Positions 49,531 through 62,664 of a stretch of DNA of 64,000 bases are shown here, one piece after another. The stretch's first letter is position 1, and the number at the start of each line of letters is the position of its first letter. The stretch covers positions 6,076,001 to 6,140,000 of the forward strand of contig JBHGNT010000006.1 in assembly GCA_043228905.1 (NCBI GenBank), in the 5' to 3' direction. The stretch comes from Azolla caroliniana (lineage: Eukaryota; Plantae; Polypodiophyta). The position numbers and the translations under genes were made by a program. A model generated the notes under the pieces. It was not told where the DNA came from, did not search any database, and worked only from the letters and a program-made list of their open reading frames with translations.

Positions 49531-52500
49531 CAAATTGGTCATTTATTTATTTGATGAGAATTTGTTTTCACTTGTTTATATGAAAAGATACAATAGAAAT
49601 GATTATTGTTGCAATACTAATTGCACTAAAGAGGTGATATTAGAGTAACAAGACGAAAAGTTCCATATGTTGACACTTTTAGTGTTGTGGGTTGTGGAAA
49701 TTAGCCATGGACTAAGACATATCACTACCAAGGGAAGATGAGGGTTTTAGATGGAGTTGCTAGTGATGCTTGGTGAACCATGAGTAAGAAACAATTGCAA
49801 ATCCCAAGTAAAGTTCACCGATGTAGGAAGGAGGTTAAAAGGTACAAATGCATGGTTTTGTAACAATAGTCTACCTAATTGCTTTTTGTAGCCTAAGACC
49901 CTTTCCCCATGGAATGAATCCACTAGTTTGGTGCCTTTTACCATAATAAAAACATATTGTTCATTCATAAGAAATTACCTTGCATCTAATTGTATTGTTG
50001 TAGCTTCATATTTGGTAGTTTTGATAGTAGTCTATGAATTTACCCAACCCCCTCCCTCCCTTTTTGCTTATAAAAATTTCAAGAGCTTTAAGTAACTTGA
50101 CCTCGTGAAAACAAATATAGCATTGAACCTAATCCATTGGTGCGCAACGTACGATATATTGTCAACAATGCACGTATTTGGCAAAGAAAGCTTGATTTAA
50201 TGTTGGCTTGAAAATCGGAAACTATTAAATGTTTTGGATTTGTTTGTAAAAGAATATATTGCATATAAATGAACAAGTCGATGCACGAGGATGTCAACAC
50301 ATTAAGAACATAGATAATACTCTTACATGTACTATTATTCTGTATAACAATGCAATAACTACCTATATGTACTTGATGATGATGACTATAAATTAACTAT
50401 TTAGATAATGCCCTTACATGTATTAAGTACTTACACGCACTTCATTGTTTTATGTGAAGCAAAATAATAATGAGCGAACAAGTTGTCTTCGTGTTTTTCA
50501 CCTTTTTTATCTTTACTTAATATATGGGTTAGACTTTCTTCATATTTTGCTTGCCTTGTTCCAATATATGTACATCTTTGAAAGATGAGATTTTGTTTCT
50601 CATGTTCTCGAAATATTTCTAAGAGAAAGTTCTCAATTGTGGACCGTGGTTTAGGGATATGACATTTGGCAACTCATATATCATAAATGCTTTTATGTTG
50701 AATCCCTATGCATTAGTAAGAGAATGCAAGTCCTAAATATGGAATATTTGTACACACTTTTTTGTGATGTTTGGACATTAATTTGAAGTGAATATCCTCA
50801 TGTAAGCAAATGAAATTTGAAATGTGTAGTTTAAGTAGACAACTAGCCCCTAGAGTTTTTTTGATTCTCATGTGATTTCATTTCCACTCTCAATTCCCTA
50901 CGCTTCTAGATAGGAACATTTATTTATTGGAACTTGCAAGGTTTCGTGTTGAGTCAAGTTCCCCCCTCCCCTATGAAACCTTTTCTTAATGTCTACAGGT
51001 AACAATTCTAGTTCTACATTGATGTCTAGTTTGGATAGATCTAGAAAAACTTGAGCATAAAAAATGTACAAGGACACATGGGAGATGAAAGGGACACCCA
51101 TTCCACAAACATGCATGGCCAAGTGCCCTTAGACATTTAAACACCCATTGGGTGGTATTGAGGGGTTTGATTTGAGTCTCCTCATGCACATTAGCTAATA
51201 AAAAAGATACATGTAATGTGGCTTTGTGTGGTCAATTCTCTCTTTTTGTAGTCGGGTTTTGTTGATTCAAGTTTTCAAACAAGTGAATAAGCATAAGAGA
51301 GACATTAATGTAGGGCTTTCACCCCTTAAGTTCCATCTTATTATTGAACTTAATTACATCTATGTTTTTCCAATAGACAAAAGTCTTGATCTTTCCAATG
51401 ACCATATTATTTTTTATCATTGGGTCTTGAGACACCATGGGATTGCTATGCAAGACCCCTCATGAGAGCACCCAACTCACTAAACTAAACCTACAAATTT
51501 TGGGAGCCTTTACCAACTCGCTAAATTTTCTTAACTTCTATAATTCTATGATTCATCCCAGTAAGTTTGACATAAACTCTAGTGTGATAGGGACGAGATA
51601 GGATTCTAGTGAACCTCCTCTAGAAACACTGCCTATTACTTGTAACCCGGATAAAAGATAGCATATCTTCCTTCAATGGGGGATTTCTAGTTCTAATGAT
51701 TTCCACATCTTGTTTTTTGTGATTCCATAGATCTACCCCAAATAGCTAAACATTTGATTTAAATAAAGCAAAAAACCAAATAGAGCCCTTGTGGTAAAGC
51801 AACATCCATTCCTTAACATAGTTTTAGCACAATGGTTTAGGCCTATGCATTGATAAAAAGCTTCCCACATGTTTCTTAGTCATTTCTTTGGAAACAATTT
51901 CCTGTTTGTTAGCAATTAGCACAATTGGGAGGGTAATTTTGAATGTCCTTCTATGTTGAAGGAAGGACAATGGCATTGAACTAATTGATCCCAATACTCC
52001 AGAAGATGAGTGACAACTTTTAAGGGCCCACTTACCAACATTGGAAGATATCAAGGATTTCTGATCCCCTTGTTGTTTGGCAGATACTTAGATTAAAGTA
52101 TTTCCATATCGTGTGGCTCAGCAGATACAACAAGGTTTTTAAAAATGTAAAAGAAGATCTAACTATGGATGAAGATGCTTGCTACATCACAGGGTCAAGA
52201 CATGATCGAAATAAATGAGTTACCAATCTCAAAGCAAAAAAATAGATGAAAACAGCTCATCAATCATCAGGAAGTAAATGATGGTGCAAATCTTTAAGAG
52301 ATAAATAGTAATGTAGAAAGAACAGAAAAAGACACTGAGAAGAAGAGGCCTGTGCATACCTCAACATGTTATTGGTCATTAGGTTCTGGTAATTTAAGGG
52401 GGGGTATGCTTTCCTAGTTAAAAACTGTGTAGGCAAGGTGCTTTGCCAATGGCATCAATATGCATTGTTCATTTCTAATATATGGCTCATGCTCTAAAAT

Positions 52501-52906
52501 GAACCCCCCCCCCCCCCCAAAAAAAAAAAAAACAAATCTACATTTCAAACATGAGTCTGAAATCAAATATAAATATATTTTTCCAATAGGATTCTACATA
52601 CAAATGAAGGTTTTGTAACAAGAAAAATGCATGCAAGAGAAATGGACACATGAATTAGCTACACAAGCCATACAACTAATTGTTGTCAGCATGGACATTC
52701 ATCTTGCACATTTCACTGAGCGATTGTAATCTTTTCACATCATTATTTTTTTTGCAATGATTAATGCTTTTGTACATGAATAGATACAGAGGAAATGACT
52801 TCCAGCTCCAGTGCAAGAAAGCGATGTCTTTATAAATTCTAAATACACATGTTAATGCTTCTATATTGGACTTCAAAAAACATATAAGGAATTTACATAC
52901 TATTTT

Positions 52907-55900
52907 CTATGGAACCTTCGATTCTGCTCCCACTTTTTCTGGCATTGCATTTTGTGAACTCAACCAACGAGCTAAATTTGCGATGAATGGCACATACGAG
53001 AAGTAACAAGCAAGGACCCAAGTCACCGATCCCTGTTTCCCACACCACACAAGAGAAATATAAGATATATGAAGAACATACAAAAACATTAGAGAAGCAT
53101 TCTCACGCATAATTAAAACAAACCTCTCCCATAATTTCAATGTTAGGCTTTGTGTAATGCCAAAGGTCAAAGAGTCTGCAAAACCATTCCCCAATAAATA
53201 CCAAGATTACTCTCAGTAAAAACAAAAAATCACTATTGTAATCATGAAAAAACCAGGATATATGTGCTTTTCATTATTTTCTTTCATACTTGTAGCAGAT
53301 AGATAATTTCTTTCCAAATGATGCTATTGTTATACAATGTTCATATATCATCAATTATATCATATAGGAAATGATTTCACAGTTTTGTTTTTCTTTTCAT
53401 TTGTTGTAATGACAATATGTCTGGTACTGTCCTACTTACCTTTAAGGAGATTCCAAAAAGCTAATGAGATATGGTATCTTCTCATTCATAAGAGCCTAAA
53501 TAAACAAGTAACTCGAAAATTGGATTACCCTTGGATTTTCATTCTTAAGTATATCATGGTAGTACTTTATGAACTTTTAGCATGTTTTATATGTTATTCA
53601 TTTCATTTAAGCCAAGACTCATGAGAATATGCAAAAATTGTGAGAGATTTTTAAAAACTGAATACGTATGCAACCATTTTTCTACTATCTTAAATACCAA
53701 CTGATGTGTACTTGCCTCATGAGAGGAATTTCACTAAGAGGACAGATTACTCCCACAACTGCAGCAAGTCCAAAACCCCACCATGTTCCATCACACAAGA
53801 CCCAGTTTATCTCTGCCAGTGCAAAGAGAATATATGCTTCAATATTGTATGGAGTTCCAGCTTTGTACATCTCCGCACTTGCCTCAAGTATGATCACCAG
53901 AAGTCTATAACAGTGTAAGGAGAAAAAAAAGAAAAAGAATGCAAATTTTTATTTATTTCTCGATAGAGACTAGGTCCATAGCTTCTTAACAATTACATCA
54001 ATAGACTGTGGTAAACCTCAGGCATAAGAACAAAAGGTGTCAACCATGACTAAATCTAGAAAGAGTGGATGCAGGAGCAAAGTCCCTTATTGCACAATCT
54101 AACCTTTCTTTGAGAGAAAATAATGTGACGATTCCAACACAGACTTGCTAAAAGCATCCATAATAAACATGAAGCAAAGCAGAATGTGATCGTTCAGGTC
54201 GCCAAAAGATTACAAGTTGATGAAAGGTGAACATGGAAAGATTGTTCTCGAAACATTACATAGTTGTTTGAGAAAGGATGTTTCGTCCTCATGTCATAAT
54301 CAGACCCTAGACTTAGGGCTTCCTATTGCGTTGCTTATAATCCAATTAATAATTTTTCTTTTTCCATTCTCAATCCTACAACTTGTGTTTCTGTAGGCCA
54401 TACTATACCCACTGCTAATGAATGAACAAACGCATTAAGTTTGTTCATCTTGCTTTGTCACATTAAATTTGTTCATCCTATACACAGAAAAAAGATGCAT
54501 TGATTTTCAATATAAGCCTTCGCTCATTGCACAGAGTACTTACATGAGGGAAAGGAGTACACGTCCCAAATTTGATTTTGATTTCCAATTCTTAGGTGCA
54601 ATCCATTTGTCCAATGCAAGTTGCAATAAACCAACAACGGAATAAAAGACTGCCAAGAGAGGCGGAACCTGTATCCATTCCAATAAAATTAAAGAGAAAT
54701 ATATTGTTCCTATTCAATAGGGCAGAAATAAAAAGAATTTTAAATCTTACACAAATAAAGAAGGTATATTTTCAACATAATAACAATCGCTAGTGTTGTA
54801 TATCATAAGATTGAAAAGGGAAATAATGGGTAGCCTCAATTATATCTGATTAAGAATATATATTATCACAATACATCTGGTGAGAGATAATTCAGTAAGT
54901 TTGATGCAATTATATCCCGTAAAAAGGACTTTAAATTCTAAACAAATAAAAAAACTATCTTTCATTGAAATAACAATGGCGAGTGTTGTATATCATAAGT
55001 TTGAAAAGGAAAAAATGTGTAGCCTCAATTATATCTGATTAATAATAAATATTATTGCAATACATCTGGTGAGAGATGATCCAGTAAGTTTGATGCTTGG
55101 CATGTTAAAAAATATAACCAAGTCGACAAGTGCCGAAATCATGTTCAAAAAAAGGTTTGGAGCCTGATTCATGTGAGTAGAGCACATAAAATTGAATGGT
55201 TAAAATTGACAAAATATCAGCTATGTTGTACCATGAATTATTTCAGATGCATACCACCACATCAGTCTTGAGAGGTCCAATGCTGATTGCTCCATTTCCA
55301 TATGTTTGCAAATCCACATTTGAGTGTATACCATCTAAAATTGGGCCAAGGAGAAAACCTAGCCCCAGCAATGTTCCACCTATGGTTGGCCAATTCTGTA
55401 ATATGTCTTCAAAAACCAACCAGGTAAGAAAACCCATAAGCATCATATTTATGTCCATGTGGTAGCTGAAAATATCGTAGTGTAACTCAATATTAAGCCT
55501 TAGAATGCCAAATCGAAATGTGAGATTGTGCACGCCAAATCACATCATGTTTGAAGGCATCAGTTTAAACATGATAATCTTTTAGTTACACATTGAGCTG
55601 AACATCTTGACGTTCTGTAAAATAACATTCATAAAAATACGTATTTACTATCATATTGAGCAGCCAAAATGTAGAAACTTGATGTTGGGGCTCGATCCAT
55701 ATTGATTTGGCATTGTTGTCAGAAAAGCATTCATAAGGTTAAAATTTCTAGAAAATAGAATACCAAAAATCCTTATTTAACTTAATTTACAAATTTGACA
55801 AATCCTAACAGTATCCTAACACATGCATGATTTACTGTACAATTTAAGAACTCGAGGAGTGCAAAAGGTATTCGCTGATTATCCAAAATTCGAACAGAAA

Positions 55901-56143
55901 TGCATGTATGTAACATGTACCTTTCTTGTAAGATGGGAATCCAACAGGATATTCATCAGTTGTCTGGACTTTGTCATCCTCGGTGGACTGCGTCATTACA
56001 ATAAGTCGACGATATCTGGGCTCATGATTTGGCGTTGCTCGTATGATCTCAGAAACGAAGAAGCTCTTCAGATGGAGTGAGGAGTGAGGGCGACGCAACA
56101 GAGGCGGAGGATAGCTATGGTGGAGGAGAAGCAGAGGATGCAT
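52907..56143 (-). CDS. INSIG (insulin-induced protein)-family multi-pass membrane protein, probably plastid-targeted
   Basis: Exons 56143-55921, a probable micro-exon at ~55614-55590, 55395-55255, 54668-54544, 53904-53716, 53175-53124, 53032-52907. Motifs GPILDGIHS.VDL, VPPLLAVFY, DGTWWGF..CPLSEIPLM, LWHY..PN, W...CYF.Y.PF..NLARWL. Transit-peptide-like N-terminus. Resembles Arabidopsis At4g01935-type proteins (from recall). Confidence 0.82.
54780..55097. repeat. ~130-bp direct duplication within an intron
   Basis: ataacaat.gc.agtgttgtatatcataag...agtaagtttgatgc at ~54780 and ~54970. Confidence 0.8.
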
Positions 56144-56479
56144 TGCTTTTGTTTTGGGGGAATTTAGAAATGATAGTCCTCTTCTTCTCAGATTCTAAAA
56201 AACACTAATCTTCCTTCAAAAGGACCCACCAAACTAACCTTTTTTTCCCCCCAAACTAACTTCTCATATGTTGTGTTTTCCTGCTGATTAGGGCAAAATC
56301 GTTAAGAGTAAATAAGAAATCAACTAGGTAGGATTTTATTACGATTCCTAGGATTTTATTACGATTCCGATTAGTGACAAATTAGATGTATATACACTTA
56401 GACTTAATACACATACATTTGAGCTTGATATATTACATGCATTTGCAAACGACCACATAAGAGCTTGCCGAATATGATT

Positions 56480-56975
56480 AAGATTCAACGTAGGGTTACA
56501 TACAATCGTTTAGAGTTGGGATGGACATGCAAAACATACACTTAGGGTTAACATAGGTATATTTAAGCCTTACATTTTAGATGAATTCATAGTCTACTAT
56601 GTAAGAACTTGCCAATTTTGATTAAGATTCAGTGTAGGGTTAATATATATTCATTTAGGGTTAGAATCATATATGCAAAACATATAACTAGGGTTAACAT
56701 ATGTGCATTTAAGTCTTATCTTCATAGTTAACCATGTGAAAACTTGCAAATTTTGATTCAATATTTTGAGTTGTGCTAACACACATACTCTTAGGGTTAG
56801 ATTTGGATATGCAAAAATGTACATTTAGGGTAAACATACGTAGATTTAAGCCGTATATAAGACAAGGTAAGAACTTGCCAAATTTGACTAATATTCTAAC
56901 TAGGGTTAACATACATACATTTAGGGTTAGAACTTAGAATTATATATGCAAAAGCATAGTTTTAGGGCTAACAAA
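56480..56975. repeat. Degenerate repeat rich in TAGGGTTA (telobox-like) motifs upstream of the INSIG-like gene
   Basis: About 10 dispersed (t)taggg(t/c)ta motifs with recurring aagaacttgcc.a and atatgcaaaa blocks. Confidence 0.6.
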
Positions 56976-59900
56976 CATATGCATATGTATGCAAATCATA
57001 GATTTATTTACGTTTGAATAAAGGTGGTTGCTTCCTCCCTATCTAGCGTCTTCAATTATTAATTTATTGCAAGTTTTGTGAGACCAAGGAGGACTTTAAT
57101 GTCATATATGGTTGTTCATTCTCTAACATAAACCCTATAGTCCTTATTTACAGAATGATAAGTGATGCAAATTGGTTGTCTATAAATAAAGTGACAAGAG
57201 TGAGAGCAAGGAAGGTTAAACTAAAACACGTTCCGATAGAACATTATGATGATTGCAAGGTGCTCCACCAAAGGCTCATAAAGAGATTCTTGAATAACAA
57301 GTTATTAGTTTCTTTCACAACGGCGTTCATGTACGAGATGTGTACATATGTGACAAAAGCAAATGACAATTTGAAGTAAGGACCTAAACTATGTAATCAC
57401 TTTGGCTTTGAGATTATCCTTAACATCTCATGAATGGGGAGCCCTACGTCTTTACATAAGAAAGAGTGAATGTTACAACCTTCTAGGCCATCGAGGACAC
57501 TTCCATCGGGGGACTTGGATATTAAGGGTGAGGATTTGTTGTAATAACACAACGTTCACCTTATCATCCATGATAAGTGAGTGTTAAGAAACCATCGTAT
57601 GTGACACAATTCAAGAAGACATCAACATCTTCTTGTAATAGACAAGAATCAAACTCCAGAGTCCAAACCTTCCATGTCATAACCAAGTCTCATAGTCAAT
57701 GTATCTCTATACATAACGTGATTATTGTAAAATACTTGTATTATGTATACTTTGAGTAACTTCTTCATTTTAGAAATCCTTAGAAAATTATAGAAACTTC
57801 AAGAGCATGCATGCATATTTTCATAATATTCTTTGCTTGCATGTAGTTTTCAAGAACATATATAAATAAGGTTGTCTATCTTGATCCCAATCAAGATTAA
57901 CAACATTAGTTACAGAATCGTACGTTCCATTCAATCATTCTCTCTCAATATCTTGTGACTTGTCTATTGTCTCACATTCCTTGTTGCATTTGTGCTCTAT
58001 TCTAATTATTTGTTACACAACTTCAACACTGAGCTCAACCAAATATTAAAGAAAACAGGGAATAGAACAAAACTTCTTGCAAAGCCTAGGCCAAAGGGTC
58101 ATCCCAATGTGAACCGGGTCAAACCTAATTGTAGAAAGCTGTAAAAGTTACTTTGATGGATTTTGTAGCTCTTCTTCCTCCTCTTCAGTTGAAATCTTCA
58201 TATAACTTAAGCTTGACCTTTCTTCCCCTCCTTTCGTAAAGTTTCACGCAAGCGAGTAGATTGACTATGACTAAACGTTGTTCAACTATACCTTAATCAC
58301 TCCTCTTTCTTGTGTGTGTTTTGTAAACTCTTGTATTAATTGAGACAAGGATGACACTACTATATAATATGTGTCTTCGCCTTTACATGTGTATCTTTAC
58401 TCTTTAAATTAATCTCAATACTTATTTAGTGTCTTAAACAAGGTTACTGTAAGGAATTGTGAATGACAGTACTCGCAAGTTAGGGTTGTGAAACTGGCAA
58501 CTCAAGAGTGATTGACAACCACTCTTGTCAGGTTCACTACTAATAGGGTATACAACATTTCAAATCCCTTGGCTTATGACATCAATGTGGAGGTAGAACT
58601 TTGTTGGTCATTAGATGTGCTCTCTGTGGTGTGCACCTTGATACGCCATACTGACATCATCGTTGAATTAATGTTTTTTACTCTCATCCACGACTTTTCT
58701 CTTCAACCAAATTCAAATAAGCCACTAGATGATTTAGTAATCATGACATTGTTTCATCATCAATTACACGTCAAATTCATCATTCGTATACTTATGGGTA
58801 ATGACCAAGATGGTGCAATGAGATGATTCATTGAGTTTAGGTTTTTGTAGCTTACATTTCCTTTTAGATATTATGTGAATACCTTGCGTATTTGTCTAGG
58901 TTTCACATTATATGGTAAGCAGGAGTGACTATGTTAATTGCCCGATTTCACATGCTACAATTGACAAAAAGTTAGAACCTATCTTCTTTTTTCTTTTCGG
59001 AACAATCTATGACTAGTTGTTCCCAGTCACAAGTGGCCTCTCTTTGAAACCATGCAATTAAATCTTGATTTTGATGGGGTTTTTATAAGCTCCTCGTCAA
59101 ACAAAACGATCATATTTATAGAAAGTGAAGAAGCCAACATAATCAAAGAAAGTATGCCATCCAATCAAAATCGTGTGAAAAGTCTAAAACCCAATGTTTA
59201 AGAAGAGGAAATTTGTTAGCATCTTCTTGAAGTAAAGACATGTCAAAAAATTCAATGTTATAAGATGCTTGGCTTACATGAGATAAATTTTAAATAACAT
59301 GACAATGTAATTCCAACCGGTAACCTTTTGGTTTGCAAAGGTGCTAGATTTCAATGTTGCATTCTATAGTTTTAAGTTTATGCATATTACAATGTTCATT
59401 TCTATCATGTTTTCATGCATTTCAATGTACTAGTAACATTTTCAGCTTCAATAATCTTGTGTTTTTACTTGAGTTCATGCATACTAGTTGCTTGGGGGTT
59501 ATGGCATGTTTGGCATATGCTTATACGGTGACTATACCTTTGCATTAGATGCATAATTGAAAATTAGTTTACTTAGACAGTTCTCATTGTTCGAAACTGC
59601 ATGGATATAATCGCTCAAGGAGTTCCAATTATGTGAGTTGGTAAAGCATGAAATTGCCTTTTATGTCGGTCTTTTCATCACCTGACTTCTCAAAGTCTGT
59701 AATATCTTGATTGAGATCCCAACGATGTATTGAGTTATCTATATTTCTTTTCGTAATTAACACAATTTTATTTACTAATAAATGAAAAGTTTCGATGTTC
59801 TGAACTAAGTCTTGTTGATTACAGATTTACAAATGTACCTTACCAAATTTCTGAATTTTAAATATGTAAATATCATGGGGTTATATTCATAAAGCAAGTC

Positions 59901-60405
59901 ATGTAAACTATAGGGTTTCATGGTGTGTTAGGATAAAAGCTCGTCAATATAGTTCTAGTTTGAGAAACATGGTAGTCATGAATTGTTATAATGTACATAG
60001 TTTGGATCTTGTTAATGAGGAGCTCTTCCTAATCATACTTCAAAATCAAGTAGTGATGATATAGGCTTCTGGATTTAAAGTTTAAATAGTTTTCCATGTC
60101 TTAAGTTTAAACATGCATATGTTGCTCTAAATGATGTAAACTCTTCAAAGTTTAATTTGACAAATTTATTTTGAATAAATGGCTTTACAAAATTGGCATT
60201 ACATTTTTACGCCCGCGTGAGCATTGAAACAAGTGTTTTTGCTAGTAAAAATGTCTTAGTCTTGGGCATGGGAACAAGTGTTTTTGCTCGTAAAAATGGC
60301 CCTTTGTTGTCTTGTGTGTTCCACAAACAAAAGTTGTGAAAAAAGTCTCCGTAAGGCATGCTGATAAACATATTAGCACGGCCTTCCAAGGACAAGCTCA
60401 ACTTG

Positions 60406-62157
60406 CTAGGTTGGCCGCGTAGTAGATGTCGATGTGGTTATATTACAAGAAGATTGGTCGAAAGCGAGGGGATAATGGCAATAGAACGGATCGTGGAGAC
60501 AAAGAAAGAGGCGTTCGTAGGACGACGCCATCTTCTGTGCGTCGAACATGTGCGAAGCATACGCTTTGCACGCATCACCCTTGCGTCGGAGGACGTCTCG
60601 ACCATCGGCTAGGACAGCCTTCAAGGCCGCTGAGAGTGCGGGCACATTGGGCGAGAATGTGTAGCCCAACTCGGGGCCCACGATCACGCTCCGCGTGATG
60701 CTCGAGAACCGCGTTGCGAGCAGTGGCTTGGCGCATTGCATGGCCTCGAGGAGGGTAATGTCGAGGCCTTGGGCGCGCATGGTGGGGTTGACGAAGATAT
60801 CGATGGCATTGTAGAATTCGGCGAGCTGGGAGGGAGGAAGGCTGCCGAGGACGCGGACGCGAGGGGCGAGCGACTCGTATCTCTTGCCCCAAGGGCCTTG
60901 GCCCGCGACGAGTAAATAGACGTCGGGATGTGTGGGAGAGGCCAGGAGGTTCTTGAAGGCGTCGAAGAGGAGCTCGTGGCCTTTGTCTCGGACGAGGCGG
61001 CCGGCGGCGCCGAGAACAAGGCCGGCATTCTCGGGCACGCGGTGGCGGGACCGGAAGGACGCGCCTTTGGCCGGGTCGGGGTAAAACTCGGAGGTGTTGA
61101 CGCCATTCAGGATGGTGTGGACAGTGGGCCCGGGAAGCTCGTAGATGGTCTGCAGGACGTCGCTCACGTAGTCGCTGGTGGCCACATGGTGATGGTACAC
61201 AGGGAAGAAGCGCACCTCGTCTGCCACGCGGATGAGCCTGCTGCTCAGAGCTCTCAACAGATCCGGGCTCCGCTCCTCCCCTGGCTTCCTCACCAGATCC
61301 ATCACGATGTCCGTGTGCGCGATCTCGTAGGCGATGCCATGCCACGTCGCCACCAACGGCTCCTTGATACCCCCCGCGCGCCAGTGAGGCAGCGCCACGC
61401 TCTCCGTGTGCACCGCGTCGAACGCCTCCCTTCCGTCCTGCTCCATGAACGCCGCCTGCGCTTTGGCGTAGTCGAAGCTATTGCTAAGCGTCGGAGGGAA
61501 GAAGTGGAGGAACAAGCTCCCCTCCACAATGGTCGTGCCATTGCTATTGCTATTGCTATTGCTATTGCTATTGCTATTGCTATTGCTGCTGCTTTCTTGG
61601 GGGTACATAGTGTAGACATGCACCACGTGACCTCGCGTGGCCAGAACCTTGTGAAGTGTGAGCGCGTGCCTCTCCAGGCCTCCCGGCACCCCGCCCACCG
61701 GCCACTTCTTCACGAACACCGCCAGCCGCAGCCTCTCGTGGGCCGGCGGCTCCCCGAAGCACAGCTTGTTCCAAGCCCCCTCCATCTGGCGTAGATCACC
61801 CGCAAACATTCCCCTCGAATCATCTCTTTTGCCAATGACCAGGCCACCGCCCGCGAGACGAGAGACTCGGCCATTCATTTGCGCCGCGCCACCGGCTCTT
61901 CCCTCGCTGCTGCTGCTGTCGGTGTCTCTGCCATTGAAGTCAATTAGGGTTTGGAGAAGGCAATCGGTTGGCCAGCTTGATCTGCCATTAGTGTTGATGA
62001 GCAAGCGAGACACTATAAATAGAGAAGTGGCAAAGCTGAGCAATGCAATTGCCCATATCTTGAAGTGAAGGGAAGAGCAAGAAAATGGCCTAGGAGGAGG
62101 AGTAGTAGTAGTAGTAGTAGTAGTAGTAGAATTATGAGGGTTTTTGGGTTTGGCCAT
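60406..62157 (-). CDS. Glycosyltransferase family 4 (GT-B) type II membrane protein, intronless, 583 aa
   Basis: N-terminal TM helix; KKWP...PGGLERHA, HTESVAL, WHG, ILNGV, GRLVRDKGH, FYNAIDIFVNPT.RAQGLDITLLEAM. GC-rich coding island. Confidence 0.93.
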   Translation of the reverse strand: MAKPKNPHNSTTTTTTTTTPPPRPFSCSSLHFKIWAIALLSFATSLFIVSRLLINTNGRSSWPTDCLLQTLIDFNGRDTDSSSSEGRAGGAAQMNGRVSRLAGGGLVIGKRDDSRGMFAGDLRQMEGAWNKLCFGEPPAHERLRLAVFVKKWPVGGVPGGLERHALTLHKVLATRGHVVHVYTMYPQESSSNSNSNSNSNSNSNSNGTTIVEGSLFLHFFPPTLSNSFDYAKAQAAFMEQDGREAFDAVHTESVALPHWRAGGIKEPLVATWHGIAYEIAHTDIVMDLVRKPGEERSPDLLRALSSRLIRVADEVRFFPVYHHHVATSDYVSDVLQTIYELPGPTVHTILNGVNTSEFYPDPAKGASFRSRHRVPENAGLVLGAAGRLVRDKGHELLFDAFKNLLASPTHPDVYLLVAGQGPWGKRYESLAPRVRVLGSLPPSQLAEFYNAIDIFVNPTMRAQGLDITLLEAMQCAKPLLATRFSSITRSVIVGPELGYTFSPNVPALSAALKAVLADGRDVLRRKGDACKAYASHMFDAQKMASSYERLFLCLHDPFYCHYPLAFDQSSCNITTSTSTTRPT

Positions 62158-62664
62158 GGAACTACAATCTGAACACCAACCACCACCAGCCCCTCGGGCA
62201 AAGGTCTAACTCTTACATGCCATATAGCGTTACTATTTTTTATAGAGATACGTAACACTCACTAGCGTTACTATTCTATGTTTTTTTGTGTGTAAGAAGT
62301 TTGTGTGTGTTTTAGTTAATAAGAAGTTTCCCCTTTGTTGCACGTTCCCACTAAAGGTATCTCAACGTGCACACGCCTCTCCGGTTGACACATTTTCTAA
62401 TCAAAGTAGTAGAAGAAAATTTTGCCTCCGAAACACGTTACATCTGCATTTTCTAAGTCTTGCCTTAAGAATAATTGTATTCTTGGATTCACAATGTAGA
62501 CCTGTTATTAGTTTATGAATAAAATTTCAAAGATCAACCTACCTAGAGTTCATGAACTTCCTAGATTAATAATAATAATAAAAGAGGCTCTAAATCTTGG
62601 GACCTATGTCTATATGATAAATGTTTCAAATAAGAGTTGAAAAAAACAATGAAAACATTTACTA

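Noticed and set aside
50600-52080. Possible old LTR-retroelement remnant (also 57100-59800 and 31100-32100)
   Set aside because: Composition is suggestive, but I found no convincing domain motif, LTR pair, PBS or TSD
60426-62068. Alternative-frame and antisense ORFs (up to 288 aa) over the glycosyltransferase
   Set aside because: High GC3 shadows of the real CDS
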